From the human T2T-CHM13v2.0 reference genome, Homo sapiens: a stretch of 64,000 bases of DNA. A program made the position numbers and the translations under genes. The DNA lies in NCBI RefSeq assembly GCF_009914755.1, contig NC_060929.1. One strand, 5' to 3'. The notes under the pieces were generated by a model. It was given only the letters and a program-made list of their open reading frames with translations. It was not told where the DNA came from and did not search any database. Positions 17,968 through 32,330 of the stretch are shown here, in pieces. Within the stretch, counting starts at the first letter, position 1. Every line of letters starts with the position of its first letter.

Positions 17968-18007
<40 letters not shown>

Positions 18008-18022
18008 GATAGATAGACAGAC

Positions 18023-18066
<44 letters not shown>

Positions 18067-18488
18067 TATTATGAGGAACTGGCTCATGCAATTATGACGA
18101 CTAAATCCTATGATCTGCTGTCTGCAAGCTGGAGCCATGGGAAAGACACAGAGCTATACTTCCAGTTCAAGTCTGAAGGCCTGAGAACCAGAAGAACCAA
18201 TGATGGGAGTTCTAGTCTGAGGGAAAGAGAAGATCAATGTTCAAGGTCAAGCATTCAGGCTGAGAGTGAAAATTCTCCCTTCCTTCACCCTTTGCTTCTC
18301 TTCAGGCTCTCAACAGATTGAATAATGCCCACTCACATTGGGGAGGGCAATTAGATTTACTTAATCTACTGATTCAAACACTAATCTCATCCAGAAACAC
18401 CCACACAGACACACCCAGAAATAATGTTTAACCAAAAATCTGGGCACCCAGTAACCCAATCAAGGTGACACATAAAGTTAACTGTTCC
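17895..18488 (-). mobile_element. MLT2B-like LTR with internal (GATA)n
   Basis: 'tgtattagtcagggttctccagagaaaca' to 'caaggtgacacataaagttaac'. Confidence 0.85.
17935..18066. repeat. Compound (GATA)n/(GACA)n tetranucleotide STR
   Basis: Directly visible. Confidence 0.95.
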
Positions 18489-19394
18489 AAGCACCAACTT
18501 TTCCTGCAGGACAATCCTATCATCACAGTTGGAGGCTTGCCATCAGTGAGAGACACATGCAGGTTTCAGTGTGTCCTCATAGGTTTCGCTTATTCTCTCA
18601 GGTTCTAGTTTGTTCCTGCTTCCCCCACTTCATGTTTTTCTGCCCTTGCTCACTGCCTGCCCTGCTGAATTCAGGCTGTAGCTCTAGAGGCAAAAGAAAC
18701 AATCTCCCATAAACTGTTCAAATAGCTCCCACAAGTGTGTAAGGTCAAATTCCTAAACAATCTTCCTTCTTAAATATATCTCTTAGTGGTTCTGCTTTCT
18801 GTTCAAACCTTGACTGATACAATAATTATTCTTAGGGACAAGAATGGCTTAATTTATAGCCAACCTGAAATTTACCTAGGAATTGCTTTGCAAGACTATG
18901 GCTTGAGGTCATTAAAATTTGGGGATTGCAAATTCATGGTGTGTTCTGCCATGCTCCCTGCTTCACCTGAGGCAGGCATTGCTAATCAATCATAGTATTT
19001 TTTCCTGTTGGCTGGAATGCACTCAGAATTTTTCTCATTACAGTGTTCTAGGCAAGCCTTAAAATTTGATTATGTTTAGCTTTTTACTTGAAACCTGTTT
19101 TTGTTAGTAAACATGAGGGACTCACATAATGTACATTTTATTTCAGAAAGCATCAAATTTTAATATCAGCTTCAGAAAGTTTTATGGAAATCATCATAAC
19201 ATGTTTCTTAACGATGAGCTTAAAAAATAACCAGAGCAAAATGTAAGAAGAAAGCGGGGACATCATATTTTTTGCCTGGGCTCTTGTAGTGGACTGAATG
19301 ATGGCCCACAAAAGGTATGTTCACATCCTAATCCCCAGAACCTGTAATGTTATCTTAATTGGAAAAAGCATCTTTTCAGATGTAATTAAAAATC

Positions 19395-19627
19395 TTTTTT
19401 GTGTGTGTGACAGGGTCTCATTCTGACACTCAGGCTGGAGTGCAATCATACCTCTCTGTAATGAACTCCTACACTCAAGTGATCCTCCTACCTCAGCCTC
19501 CTGAGTAGCTGGGACTACAGGCATGCTACCACGTTCAGCTACTTTTTTAAATTAATCATGTTGCCCAGGCTGGTCTCAAACTCCTGGGCTCAAGTCATCC
19601 TCCTGCTGCGGCCTCCAAAGGTGTTGG
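19395..19627 (-). mobile_element. Degenerate AluJ
   Basis: 'acagggtctca...gttgcccaggctggtctcaaactcctgggctcaag'. Confidence 0.8.
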
Positions 19628-19822
19628 AAAAGAATCTTAAGATCAGGAGGTCATTCTGGATTAGCCAGGTAGGCCCTAAATCCAACGAAAAAATGTCTTT
19701 ATAAGAGAAAGGCAGAGGGAAATTTGAAACAGACAGAATAGGAAAGGACAGACAGAAAAGGAGGAGGCAGTGTGACCACAGAGGCAGAAATTGATGTGAT
19801 GTTGGACAAGTTAAGGAATGCC

Positions 19823-20342
19823 TGTTGTTTTAACTATCTCCTATTTACCCCATTGGTGAGGGAGGGATCTCCACCCCAAGATTATTGGGGTGGCTGAAGA
19901 CATGACACCCGTCACTGGAGAGATGAGATCAACAGCAGTTTATTTGTCACATATATTCACAGCCTGGGGAAGAGGATACCACAGGCCATGCAGGGTCACA
20001 TGGGGATTGCACGTGGTAACAGAATGAACAACCAGAGGCAGTGGGAGGCAGGCTCTGTAGTGTCAAGAGGATGAAGTACATCATGGTTCCTGTGGGGAGA
20101 TGACTGGCTTATTTGAATAATTCGATGGGCTGGCAGAGAACTGAAACCCACTACTCAAGGATAAGTAGGCACTGTGCCTGATCCCTTTCATAAGGTGGGC
20201 TATCTGTCTAGACAATCCGATCTGCAGTAGCAGAATGGGGAAAGGAGGTCGCAGTTAGGCCATTCAAGTCTCTCTTAATTCTATCAGATAGATGTCAAGA
20301 CACTGCAGAAAATTGGGCCTTAATTTTAGGTATTATTCTACA
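19823..20342 (-). mobile_element. ERVL LTR (MER54/MER74-like)
   Basis: Reverse-complement begins 'tgtagaataatacctaaaattaaggcccaat...cttgacatct'; TG...CA ends. Confidence 0.55.
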
Positions 20343-21567
20343 CCTATGGGCACCTGAATCTAGAAAAGCAAATGACTGATTGTCACCTAAACCTTCAGGG
20401 GGTATGTGGCCCTGCTGACACCTTGAATTTGGCTTTCTGGCCTCTAGAACTACTGTGAGAGAATAAATTTATACAGTGTTAAGCCACCCAGTTTGTGGTA
20501 TTTGTTATAGCAGCCACAGGAAACTCATACAGCTCTCTAGCATTTCCCCAACTAAAAGAACAATGAGTACTTTTGGTTGGAAAACAGGATCTGGCTTGCT
20601 TTAAGATGATATACTTAAGGTAATATGAAGAGAGGCAGAGCCATCATCTCTTAAAGGGCAAAGGTGAGAAAAATCAGAGACCTCCACCTATTATTAAAAT
20701 TGTAAGATTAACTGTATCTTCATTACCAACAATTAGTCTTTAACATCAAATGAGTCATTAACGTATACTATATGCATTGAAATTATCACTTTGTATATAA
20801 ATCCTATGCTTTTGTCCTTTAAGATGTATTGCCTTATTATTTTAGTATCCTTTTGCTACTTATCTTTTTTGATCCTTCTGTTCTCCTAGTGAATGTTTTT
20901 GAGGATTTAAAAAACTATTTCCCTGTGAATGGTTTTCTGATTTTCTTTGGAAAGAGATAGAATACTTTTCTAAACTTTATTTTAATCATATATTTATGAG
21001 AGACTTTTTCAGACATGCTTTGCAGCTTGAAATTTTTATTATATTGCATCCAAGGTTTCATATCTTATTACATTTTTGTGTGCATAGTTTCTTATTACAA
21101 TGTGTTTTCTATAGTTGTTTAAAGCCACAGTTTAATCAGAAATTAGAATGTGTCAGTGTCTTTTATTTCTGTTGTGTATGTAGGCCACCAGTACAACTCA
21201 TTATAGTAGTTGCCTTTTTATTTTTGCATATGTTGGGTCTTTTGTTTTGATCCTTAATTTCTTTGGGAATGATTCCTATGAGAGTAATTTTTGTAGAAAA
21301 TGGAACTTTAATAGAAAATGGTTTTAATTACCGTATATGTCATATTCTTTCTCAGATTTTCATACATTTTTACATCTCAATTACGAAGTTCAAATTTGAA
21401 AGTTTCCAGCATTTATATTATTTATTTGTTGCTCCTAAGTTGTCTGTTCTACTGTAATCCTTTTACTATTTTCTTTTTTGATCTGCAATATGACAAGGAA
21501 ATTTAAATTATTTTATACACACATATTTTATATACACACATACAGAGTCTCCCAATTTAGTACATTA

Positions 21568-21906
<339 letters not shown>

Positions 21907-22619
21907 TCAAACAGCTTCATTAAGCTATAATTCACATACCATACAATTTATCCATTTAATGTCTACATTTCAATGGTTTCTGGATTGTGTATTTAATTCA
22001 TGATTAATTCTTTATATAGGACTCCCCTTTAAGACAATAATTTCAACAGGTAGTGCATGGAGGATTGGGAACCAATGGGTACCAACCAGAAGTAAGAGAG
22101 ACACTTTCCTCTCAGACCACCAGCACTCACTGGAAGTACACAAACCTGGAGTACACAGACCTTGGCAAAGGCTGAAGCTCAAACAGGGGCTTGGTTGAAA
22201 GTCTGTGGACAGGACTCAGTTACCTTTGACCTGGAGGGGAGACACAGATCCAAAAACTGAAAATTAAAAATAAGTGACAATCTGCACATCAAATCGTGAG
22301 ATCCAGAATCTCCTTCACCTAACCCGCTCTTCCAAATGCCAACAGCCAGGATCACACACACACAGACACACGCACTCACTGATTCCCACATGCAGGCATG
22401 TATGAGCAGGAAATTAGATGATTCTTTTCTGGAAAAATTGAGTATCCCAGAAACAAAGACTTCCACATATGACATTTAGTGGTTTCCCAATACAAATAGG
22501 GCAAGCCCAACACAACTCACAGAGCTTCAATTCATATTTTTGGTACTTCACATTTCAACATGAACAGAGTCAAAGATCACCAGACATTTAAGGAAACTGT
22601 TAATATAAAAGAGACCAAA

Positions 22620-22650
<31 letters not shown>

Positions 22651-22980
22651 ACACAATATTCACACACACAACTTGGGGACATGTACCATGGGGAACAAAA
22701 GAACTTCAAAGAGAACAAAACACTATACAAGAAAGGAGGCATACATTTGATGACTTGCCTCAGTGGTGAACAAATATAACAATTAATTATTATTAAGTAT
22801 AATATAATTAATAATTATTATAATGTAAAGGCAGACTGAATAAGGTGATATAACTATAGTGATAGGAAGAAAGGGTGGAGGAATATTTTTTACAAAGCTA
22901 AATCACCTACAACATAAGTAAGTCAATAGCTAACATCTAAATTGATAAATAAATAGACAGCGGAATAAGCTAGGTAAGGG

Positions 22981-24120
22981 GCAACTACCATGTTCCGGGA
23001 CATGCTGCAGGGCTGGAGAACCAACATCCACCAGGGCTGTGGGCTATGACTACTGAGCCAGACCCTGGCAGCTCTGGATTATCCGAGCTTTGTGAAGCCT
23101 GTGGATGAACACGTTTGCAGAGTGACTGTTACTCTTCACTAGGATCCCAAAGTCCCCAAGGCATGAACATTATCCCACCCCAATGGCTGGCAACCTCCCA
23201 GAGAAACCCCCAACCCCACCCAATCTGCCCTACTTGGTGCAGTGCCCTCAGATGCACAAAATCCTTGTCTATAAGGACATCACACATGGCAACTTTCAGA
23301 TGACTGTGACCCCAAAGGTGGAGGGGGACATCTGGGCGCTGCTGAAGGATGTGGAGGATTTTCTGAGCCCACTGCTGGGAAAGACACCTGTTCCTGTGTA
23401 CCCGTACCCGTACCTCAGCCAGGTCAATGAGGTGACAGGTATGCTGCAGGTCAGGGGAGACTTTTTTTTTTTTTTTGTGAGACAGAGTCTCGCTCTGTTG
23501 CCCACGCTGGAGTGCAGTGGCGTGGTGCGATCTCGGCTCACTGCAACCTCCACCTCCACCTCCCGGGTTCAAGTGATTCTCCTGCCTCAGCCTCCTGAGT
23601 AGCTGGAACTCAGGCGCACCCTGCCACGCCCGGCTAATTTTTGTATTTTTAGTAGAGATGGGGTTTCACGATGTTGGCCAGGATGGTCTCGATTTCCTGA
23701 CCTTGTGATCTACCTGCCTAGACTTCCCAAAGTGCTGGGATTACAGGCATGATCCACCGTGCCCGGCCAGGAGACTTTGATCAGTAGCTCAAGACTGACT
23801 CCTGGAGAAGGGTTTCTGAGGCCCAGCTGAGCAGCCTGCACCATGGCGTACCCCACAGACTAGAGTCCAGAAGACCTCAGGAAGAGAGAATGTTGCCCAA
23901 GGATAGTGCTGGCTTGCAAGTAAACCCTCACTCCTGTTGATTCCAGGCCACTGTCAAGTCTAGGGCCTCAGCAAGCAAAAGGAGCCCGATACGCTGATCC
24001 TATGTCACAAGCCCTAGCAATCATTAATGCAATTTTCTATTTGGCTATATATAGTATTTAAGTCACTAAAATTTGTACAATATTTACAAATTAAATAATC
24101 ATCTGAAGCTGTGCAAAAAT
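22981..24120 (+). pseudogene. MRPL49P1: Processed pseudogene of mitochondrial ribosomal protein L49 (probably MRPL49P1)
   Basis: Intronless homology to MRPL49 (TMFR..L.GWRT...GCGL*LLSQT..DYP.FV..VDE; PNLPY; [38 protein letters not shown]; QVNEVTG; LLEKGF* ending 23819). It has stops and frameshifts, then a 3'UTR-like stretch with ATTAAA/AATAAA near 24090-24123. The P1 label is from recalled synteny with FAM159B. Confidence 0.9.
23462..23768 (-). mobile_element. AluS inserted in the pseudogene CDS
   Basis: Reverse Alu flanked by TSD 'ggagacttt'. Confidence 0.9.
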
Positions 24121-24479
24121 AAATCGCAAGTATGAGTATATTGTTTTAAAATATTGAGGAAAGTATCAAAATTAACAGCTAAACCAGTTGTAAGTGGCTG
24201 ATTCCAGGAACAGGGACGGTATTAGGATGGTGGGTGGGACCTGTTAAGGAGGAAACTGGTTAAAAGATTACTGTTTTTCATTGTAAGCCTTTTAGGGCTA
24301 TTTTAATTTTTAATATGTTTTACTTAGATAAGGAATAAAAACTAATGTAAAAGAAAAAAAATCCGGATATAGTATTTTAATTAGCATTGTTTGGTTTGTT
24401 TTCTAAATTATAGTTTCAAAGGCAGACAGCAAAGACTTTGGGGCAGATAACTATGTAAATTGACTAATCTTTCGAATGC

Positions 24480-24485
24480 TTTCTC

Positions 24486-24522
<37 letters not shown>

Positions 24523-24715
24523 TTCCTCTTTCTTTCTCTCTCTCTTTCTTCCTTTCCTCTTTCTTTTCTTTCTTTCTTTCTCTCTTTCAGATGCAGGGTG
24601 GTGGGGGGGGGGGTTCTCCTTATATTGCCCAGCCCAGACTCGAACCCCTGCAAAAAGCCCTCCACCTCAGCCTCTAGAGTAGGTGGGGCTACAGGCATGC
24701 GACACTGCATCCAGC
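24480..24715 (-). mobile_element. (TTTC)n tract plus degenerate Alu monomer (FLAM-like)
   Basis: CT-rich tract 24480-24588 followed by 'cctccacctcagcctc...ctacaggcatgcgacactgcatccagct'. Confidence 0.7.
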
Positions 24716-24744
24716 TAATCCTGCAAATATTGTTAAGTAAACCG

Positions 24745-24948
24745 GTTAGGTGTCCAAGGGAGAGAATATAGTCATAGGTTCCTAGTTTCTATTTGTGATT
24801 GGGCTGGTAAAGCCCCTTCCTCATCCCTCTTTTCCTTTCATCACTGGAGACAGAAACTAAAAACCATGGCTTCAGGCTGCTAAAAGCCTAAAACAAAACA
24901 ACAGAACTGCAACAACAACAACAAAATAAGGTGGCTTGGACAAGCTTG
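24745..24948. mobile_element. MER30B-like hAT-Charlie MITE
   Basis: Ends 'ggtgtccaagggagagaata' and 'aaaataaggtggcttggacaagcttg', ~200 bp. Confidence 0.75.
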
Positions 24949-25024
24949 AGAATGTCTTTAGATGATTCCTCAGCAGGGAGAGGGGAAGTGGAGAGTGGGA
25001 ACATACAATTTCTTGAGAAAATAA

Positions 25025-25376
<352 letters not shown>

Positions 25377-28300
25377 CGAAGTCAGGCAATAATTTATACT
25401 ACAAGAAGGAAATAAAAACCTCAAGGGGTGGTAATGACAATGATTGTCTGAAACAGACACGCCTGGATCACCTAGAGGATGTGAGGAGAGTCAGATAACC
25501 AGCACTGGCCCTCTTGCTTCTGGGCAGCCTCTCCTTCTCATTCAGCTCCTGGTTCCTCACCACTTTCCACCGTCCGGCCTTTCTTCCCTTTCCCCCCGCC
25601 CCCCCACCCCCGCCCTTTCTCACGTCCCTTTCCGCAGCTGCAGCTTTTGCTGGTACTAGCCATAATGTGACCTGAAAGGTTTCCTTTTTTCAGGTATACC
25701 TCATTTAATAAATAGATTATGAGCGAAATGGTAACAATTTACCTGTTTCAATAAAAATAATTTCTATTAAACCCACGGAGACCAAAAGAACTATGTACAT
25801 TTTGTACTTGCATGAGAACATTTGTTGATCTGGGTGGGAGTGACAGTGATGCCCAACAATAAAAGAAGATTTGCCATCCCAGATTTCAAAGAAGATAAAT
25901 GCACAGGTGTGTTTTCCAGCGGGCTGTGGCTGGTGAATACGCAGTGTAAGGGCTTTAATGGACAGACACGTAGACTTTTAACTTGCTGCTCTTCTTCTAA
26001 GCACTGTGCCACAAATTTGGACTTAATCACTGCAGGTAGAGTATTTTCCAGCTGATGATCTTTCAGGCGGGAATAGAGAGAACGTTTAGATCTCTACTCT
26101 TGACTTTCCCAAACTATTTTTGGCATCATGTCATCTGATTGATGACTTAGTCCTTGTTCTACCTTGCAGAGTACAGAATTTCCCAACCCTTTTAAATGTT
26201 AACATTTAATTACTGTAATTCTTGAGAAACATCTATGACCATTTTAATCTAGAAGTTTTAGGCTTTTTGAGGGGCAAGCTACCTGTTTTTCTTTGTGTTT
26301 GACATAACTAAATAATTTTCCTAGAAAAAGAGTGATTGATGAAGAAATTTTACTTTAATATACATTTGAAACACATATTCTATTTAAAATATCATTACCT
26401 GACATTTTATTTATTTTATTCTCTCTCTGTTTCTTTCTCTCCCCCATAATTCTGGGGTTTACAGAATCGGTGGAATTTCCTTCCCTTCCCTGTCTGGTAC
26501 TCGACGTTTGGGTTCAGCATGAAATCGGTCTTGTTGCTCCCTGTACTGAGAACTGCCCATACTAGTGTGTACTGGCTTATCACTGCAAGTCATCTTGTAT
26601 TGGGCTGAATGACCAGGCTTTTGCCTTGTTCTTTGTAGGCCAATGTACTGGGTGTCAGAGTAGATAGCTACAGAAAAACTATGACAACTCGGGTAATCAA
26701 GGAGGTGGCCGTTGCTAAGCAACAGAAAGGCAAGCAGGATGTCTTGTGCTTGGGTCTTGGCAGTGTACTAGGAATAAAGAAGACCCACCAATCATTCCTT
26801 GTCCTCAGGGCACTGATTCAACATGCAGGTGCAAAGTGGGCCCAGAATGTGGAGATTCAGGATCAGCACCTGGCTTCTCTCCCAGTCCTTAGTTTGCAGC
26901 TCACCATCACTCCTTCCCCTGATTCCATGTTATGACAATGGGGTTCCTTGTGCCTCAATAAGCATCTCTTTCCCCCAGTACATTCTCCTTCCCCCCACCA
27001 ACACATTTTATTTTCTAGGACTCAGCTTCTCATTGGTCCTCATTGAAATCTTGTTTAATTCTTGAGATCCTTCTTAGAGCCCCTAACCTTAAACCCAGCC
27101 TTCAACATATGCTTCGAGTTTTACAACTGTGTCTTCCAGCTATCCTCTGCCCTAACTGCTCCACCATTGAGTCCCCATATATGTTGGGGCTTCCTATATT
27201 TGCCGTGGTCTGTGACTGACAGTGACCATTTCCTGGCTCTTTTCTGCATCTCACACAGTTTCTACCTTGCCTGACTAGGAGGGTCTAATAAATACCTGGA
27301 CTCCAGACCTCACTTCCCCTTCCACCTGCAATCCTTTCCCCACATACACCCAAATTCCAGTGCCCATGCCTCTTCGACACATCCTGAGATATGATGGCAC
27401 TAGCTATTTATTTCCTGCACTAATGTTCTTATTTTGACCCTTTGTTCTCAACATGGAGGCCCCACTGGTGCTTCTGGTGTGGGCTAGAGTGCATAGTTCA
27501 GACAATGTGAATTATCAGAGGACTTCTAATTTATAAATGGGCTTTATTTCCCAGCAAGATTGATTCCAGACAATATCCAAGTCTACAGGAGCATACATTT
27601 CAGAGTTAATGTTATACATTTTAGTTGGGCTTTCCCGTCAGCCTACAAAAAGCCCGTTGGATCCAAAACGTATTAGAGGTACCATGCTCAAGCTTTATTT
27701 CAACTCTGACAAAAATTGGTTCTGTGAAGAAATGGAATTTGAGTTTTCAGTAGCAGTCCCAGGATCAATCTCCCAAGCTTCAGCAATTGGACAGGAACTT
27801 CTGTCGTTTCTATCAGTGTTAGTGGAATTAGAAAGGCACTGTTGGAATGCAAAGAGTTAATTATAGCTGGGGTAGGAATGGAAGGGTTAGGAGCGAGCTG
27901 CCTTCTGTTACCGCTTCCAGGAACTGAGGGGTGGACAGTCCAGCTGGTAGAGATGGGGAGATAGAAAAGACACTGTTGAGAAGCCTCACACCTGAACTGT
28001 CAATGTGATTGGTAAGATAAAGGGGCAGCAAGTTAACATGGCCCAGGATGTTCTTAGGGGAGCTTGTTATGTCAAATCTGGATATGTGGGGTGAGTGAGG
28101 CACCTCACTTCACATTATGCACAATTCGGTGATTAGTTAATACTTCATGGTTTAATTGCTGCATTCTGTCTCACAAAAATGTAATATTTTTGTCACCTTC
28201 AAAAAAACCCTATCGCCCACATTATATACAATAACACATTATACTGATAAGACCACAGAACAATAATATAATCAAGGATGAATACTGTTATATCCCACAA

Positions 28301-28530
28301 AAATAAAGCCAGACTGTAATTAACAAACTCAGTTGACTCAAGTGGCGTATAATATTTCTAAGCTTGTGGGATTTAAGGGTACGACAAATGCAATCATTTT
28401 TACTTCTCTAAATTGATAGTACTCACAAGAATTAGTATTTAAATACAATTCCACAATACTGTTGACTAATGTGGCAAGATAACCCAAGATAAAACTTTTT
28501 AGTCAGGGTGAGTCAAGGTGTATTAGTGTG

Positions 28531-29054
28531 TGTATTAGTCAGGGTTCCCCAGAAAAACAGAACCAATAGAATCTATAGAGAGAGAGAGAAAGAGAAAGAG
28601 ATTCGCTATGAGGGATGGGCTCCTGTGATTGTGGAGGCTGAGAAGTCCCACTATTGCCACCTGGAGGCCCAGGGAAGCGGGTGGTGTAGCTCCAGTCTAT
28701 AAGCCCAAAGGCCTAAGAACCAGGGAGGCCGCTGGTATAATTCCCAGTTTGAGTCCGAAGGCCCAAGAACCAGGAGCATAATGTTCAAGGGGAGGAGAAG
28801 ATGGATGTCCCAACTCAAGCAGAAAGCAAATTCGCCCTTCTTCTGCCATTTTGTTCTATCTGGGTCTTCAAGGGATGCTGAATGATGCTCACGCACGCTG
28901 GTGGGGGCAATCTTTACTCAGTCTACAGCACTGGAAGAGATTCAAATGCTAATCTCTTATTGAAACACCCTCACAGACACACCCAGAAATGTTTTACCAG
29001 CTATCTGGGTGTCCCTGAACTCAGTCAAGGTGACATGTAAAATTAACCATCACA
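28531..29054 (-). mobile_element. MLT2B-like LTR
   Basis: 'tgtattagtcagggttccccaga' to 'caaggtgacatgtaaaattaaccatcaca'. Confidence 0.85.
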
Positions 29055-30983
29055 TTACATCTCATGTTTCTATAGTCTCAACACAAAACAGTAAGAGATA
29101 TTACTCCTCCCTGTCCCAATCCTGACCCATCTCCTTCTAATGATATACACATCAAAAGAAAGTTGAACTTTCCTTGTCCAAGAACTGTGTTATGAGAATT
29201 TTGTTTTCCAAAACCTGGGAAAAAAGCAGACTTATCCATCAAGGCTTTTTTTAAATCAAGCATTAAAGAGTGGCTATTTTATTTATGGGTAGTGTGTGAA
29301 CACTCAGGAGCTGCGGAAGCTGTCCCAGTGATTGCTGCCCAGACCTGCCACCTTTAAACAGACCCTGCTGCCAGGAGCTGAGGCCCCTATAATTAATTGA
29401 ACACCAGAGCAGGGGCATAGCCAGTGCATTTGACAGTAGGAATCAATCTTTTTTTTTTTGACACCCTTACCTGTATAAGATAAAATTATGTTTAGAATAA
29501 TCACATAATAATTACTTCCTTGATTCACTCCCTAGTTTTAAAACAATTAACAATTAAGGATATAAAATTTCAATTTAAAAGAGTTTATGCAAATTGATCT
29601 AGAATATTTCACATAGAAGCAGTATGCACTTGGATTCACTGTTTTAAATTTTAAACACAAATAAAAATTCCAAGTTACCATATGGAAAGGGAGAATTGAA
29701 ATAACTGAAGCTCTCTTTATTCATCTGTACAATCACTGTGTTATCATTGCTTCTTTTGAACCTAATGTTTAAATGCAGGAATATGTAACACCATAGAGAT
29801 TCACGTCAATGATTCCGAAGCTTTAGAAATTTGTCACTAACCAAATGTGTAAGACTGATCTATGGCAGTGGTGAAGTGGGGCGAAACAACTGAATAACAG
29901 AAGATTCTTCTATTTAAAGTCCCTGTAGAATGAAATATTTATTAAAGCATAAGTAATGAAAAGTGCTAATTTGTAGCTTACATACATATTGTTAAATCTC
30001 AACCATATTCATAGAAATTGTTTAGACTTTAGACCCACAACTTTCTTTTTCGTGATGGAGTATTTTTCACTGACATTGTTTGAAATAGCCAGGACACAGT
30101 GATAATAAAAAGGCAGAGTGATTTTTAAATTAGCATTATTATTGTTTTTAATTACCTACAAAAATGCAACCTCTTAGGCCTGCACCTGGGCATAAGACTG
30201 TTCCCGCAAATTGTTTAAAATTGCATAATCTCTCCAGGACATTTGCACTAACAGGGGAAGAGGTAAAGCTCTCCCAACATGTGACTAAGATTGAATTTCC
30301 TACCAGTTAGATTGGTGTTTGGCATCAGAGTTCATTTGATTTTAAAAAATGATTAAATATGTTTTGTTTTTCACCTAAGCACATAAATTCATATTGGTTA
30401 TATTGCTGTAACATAGCTAACGTAAGTGATATACTACATGCTTAAATATTTGTTTTTTCTAAGTAAGAAATCTAAGCATTCTTAGATTATTTTTACTAGT
30501 AAAATATGGGAAGATATGGTTAAATTTTCAAAAATTTATAAAATAAACCCAGCATAGAACTTGGTAACAATTTTTTGCTAGATAAACTCTCTTACCAAAA
30601 GTCTTACATGGATATAGTTTAAAAAAAAAAAATTCTTCCTCTCCAACTTGGAAGTCACTAAAGGTCATGTAAACAGTAATTAAAAGCATTTTTTTGGCTT
30701 CAGCTCTACCTACTATTTCAGCGCTTCAGTCACTTTTCATCTTCCCAATTACCTGCATGCATTCTTAGGTGAAATCAGGGGAACTGCTAATTTTTACAGA
30801 TAAATAAGCCCTCTTAGCTTCCATCAGCTTAGAGATCTCTACTGCCCCTGAAAGCCTTGGAGCTCACTAGCTCCACCTATGTTGTCATCATGGTCCTGTG
30901 CTTCCACCAAGGACATTAGCGCCACCTCCACAGACCTGTTGCTGTCAACGCCTCTGCCAATACTAATGCAGTGGTCCAGCTTA

Positions 30984-31757
<774 letters not shown>

Positions 31758-31970
31758 TCAAACTTTCAAACCAGCAGAGTCCATCCTCATTTGATTCTGA
31801 GACCCACATAATCTAGCAAAGATGGGCAGAATCTCTGAGTAAATATTAATTTAGACTAGTTTTTCTGACCTTACATATCAAACAGAACCTTGGTAGACTG
31901 ACTATAAATTTTGCCCTTGGGAATTGCTGGTTCTATAAACCAAAGCTAAAGAGCTGGGTGTTAGCCTACC

Positions 31971-32330
31971 TGTCTTAGCCTGTTTTGTGCTGCTATAACA
32001 GAATACCTAAGACTAGGTAATTTATAAAGAACAGAAGTTTATTTCTCACAGTTATGGAGGCTGAGAAGTCCAAGATCTAAGGGCCTTTTTGCTGGTTCAT
32101 CATATGATGGAAGGTGAAAGAGAGAGAAAAGGGGGACAAGCTTGTCCTTTTGTAAAAAACCCACTCCTGCAATAACAAAGCCTCTCCCTCGATAATGGTG
32201 TTAATCTATTATTCATGAGGGCAGAGCCCTTGTGGCCTAATCACCTCTTAAAATTCCTGCCTCTTAATACTGTTATAATTCCATTAAATTTCCAACACAT
32301 GCTTTTTGGGGGCACATTCAAATCTTAGCA
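31971..32330 (-). mobile_element. MST (MSTB/C-like) solo LTR
   Basis: 'tgtcttagcctgttttgtgctgctataac' to 'cacattcaaatcttagca'; perfect TSD ctacc. Confidence 0.88.

Larger units (their letters stand above)
17545..18820 (+). mobile_element. Old ERVL-type LTR (LTR40/41-like) interrupted by MLT2
   Basis: 'gccaacttagttaagctggaac...aattccctttcc' start; 'tggttctgctttctg...ccttgactgataca' end. Confidence 0.5.
19285..20531 (+). mobile_element. MLT1C/D LTR interrupted by an AluJ and an ERVL LTR
   Basis: 'tgtagtggactgaatgatggccc...cctaatccccagaacctgt' start; 'tttgttatagcagccacaggaaactcataca' end. Confidence 0.8.

Noticed and set aside
26639-26692. 54-nt candidate exon with good acceptor and GTAAT donor
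   Set aside because: No partner exons or transcript evidence; such matches are common by chance
30915-30935. CTCF-like 'agcgccacct' (also 'aggtggcgc' at ~38593)
   Set aside because: Only half of the core motif matches
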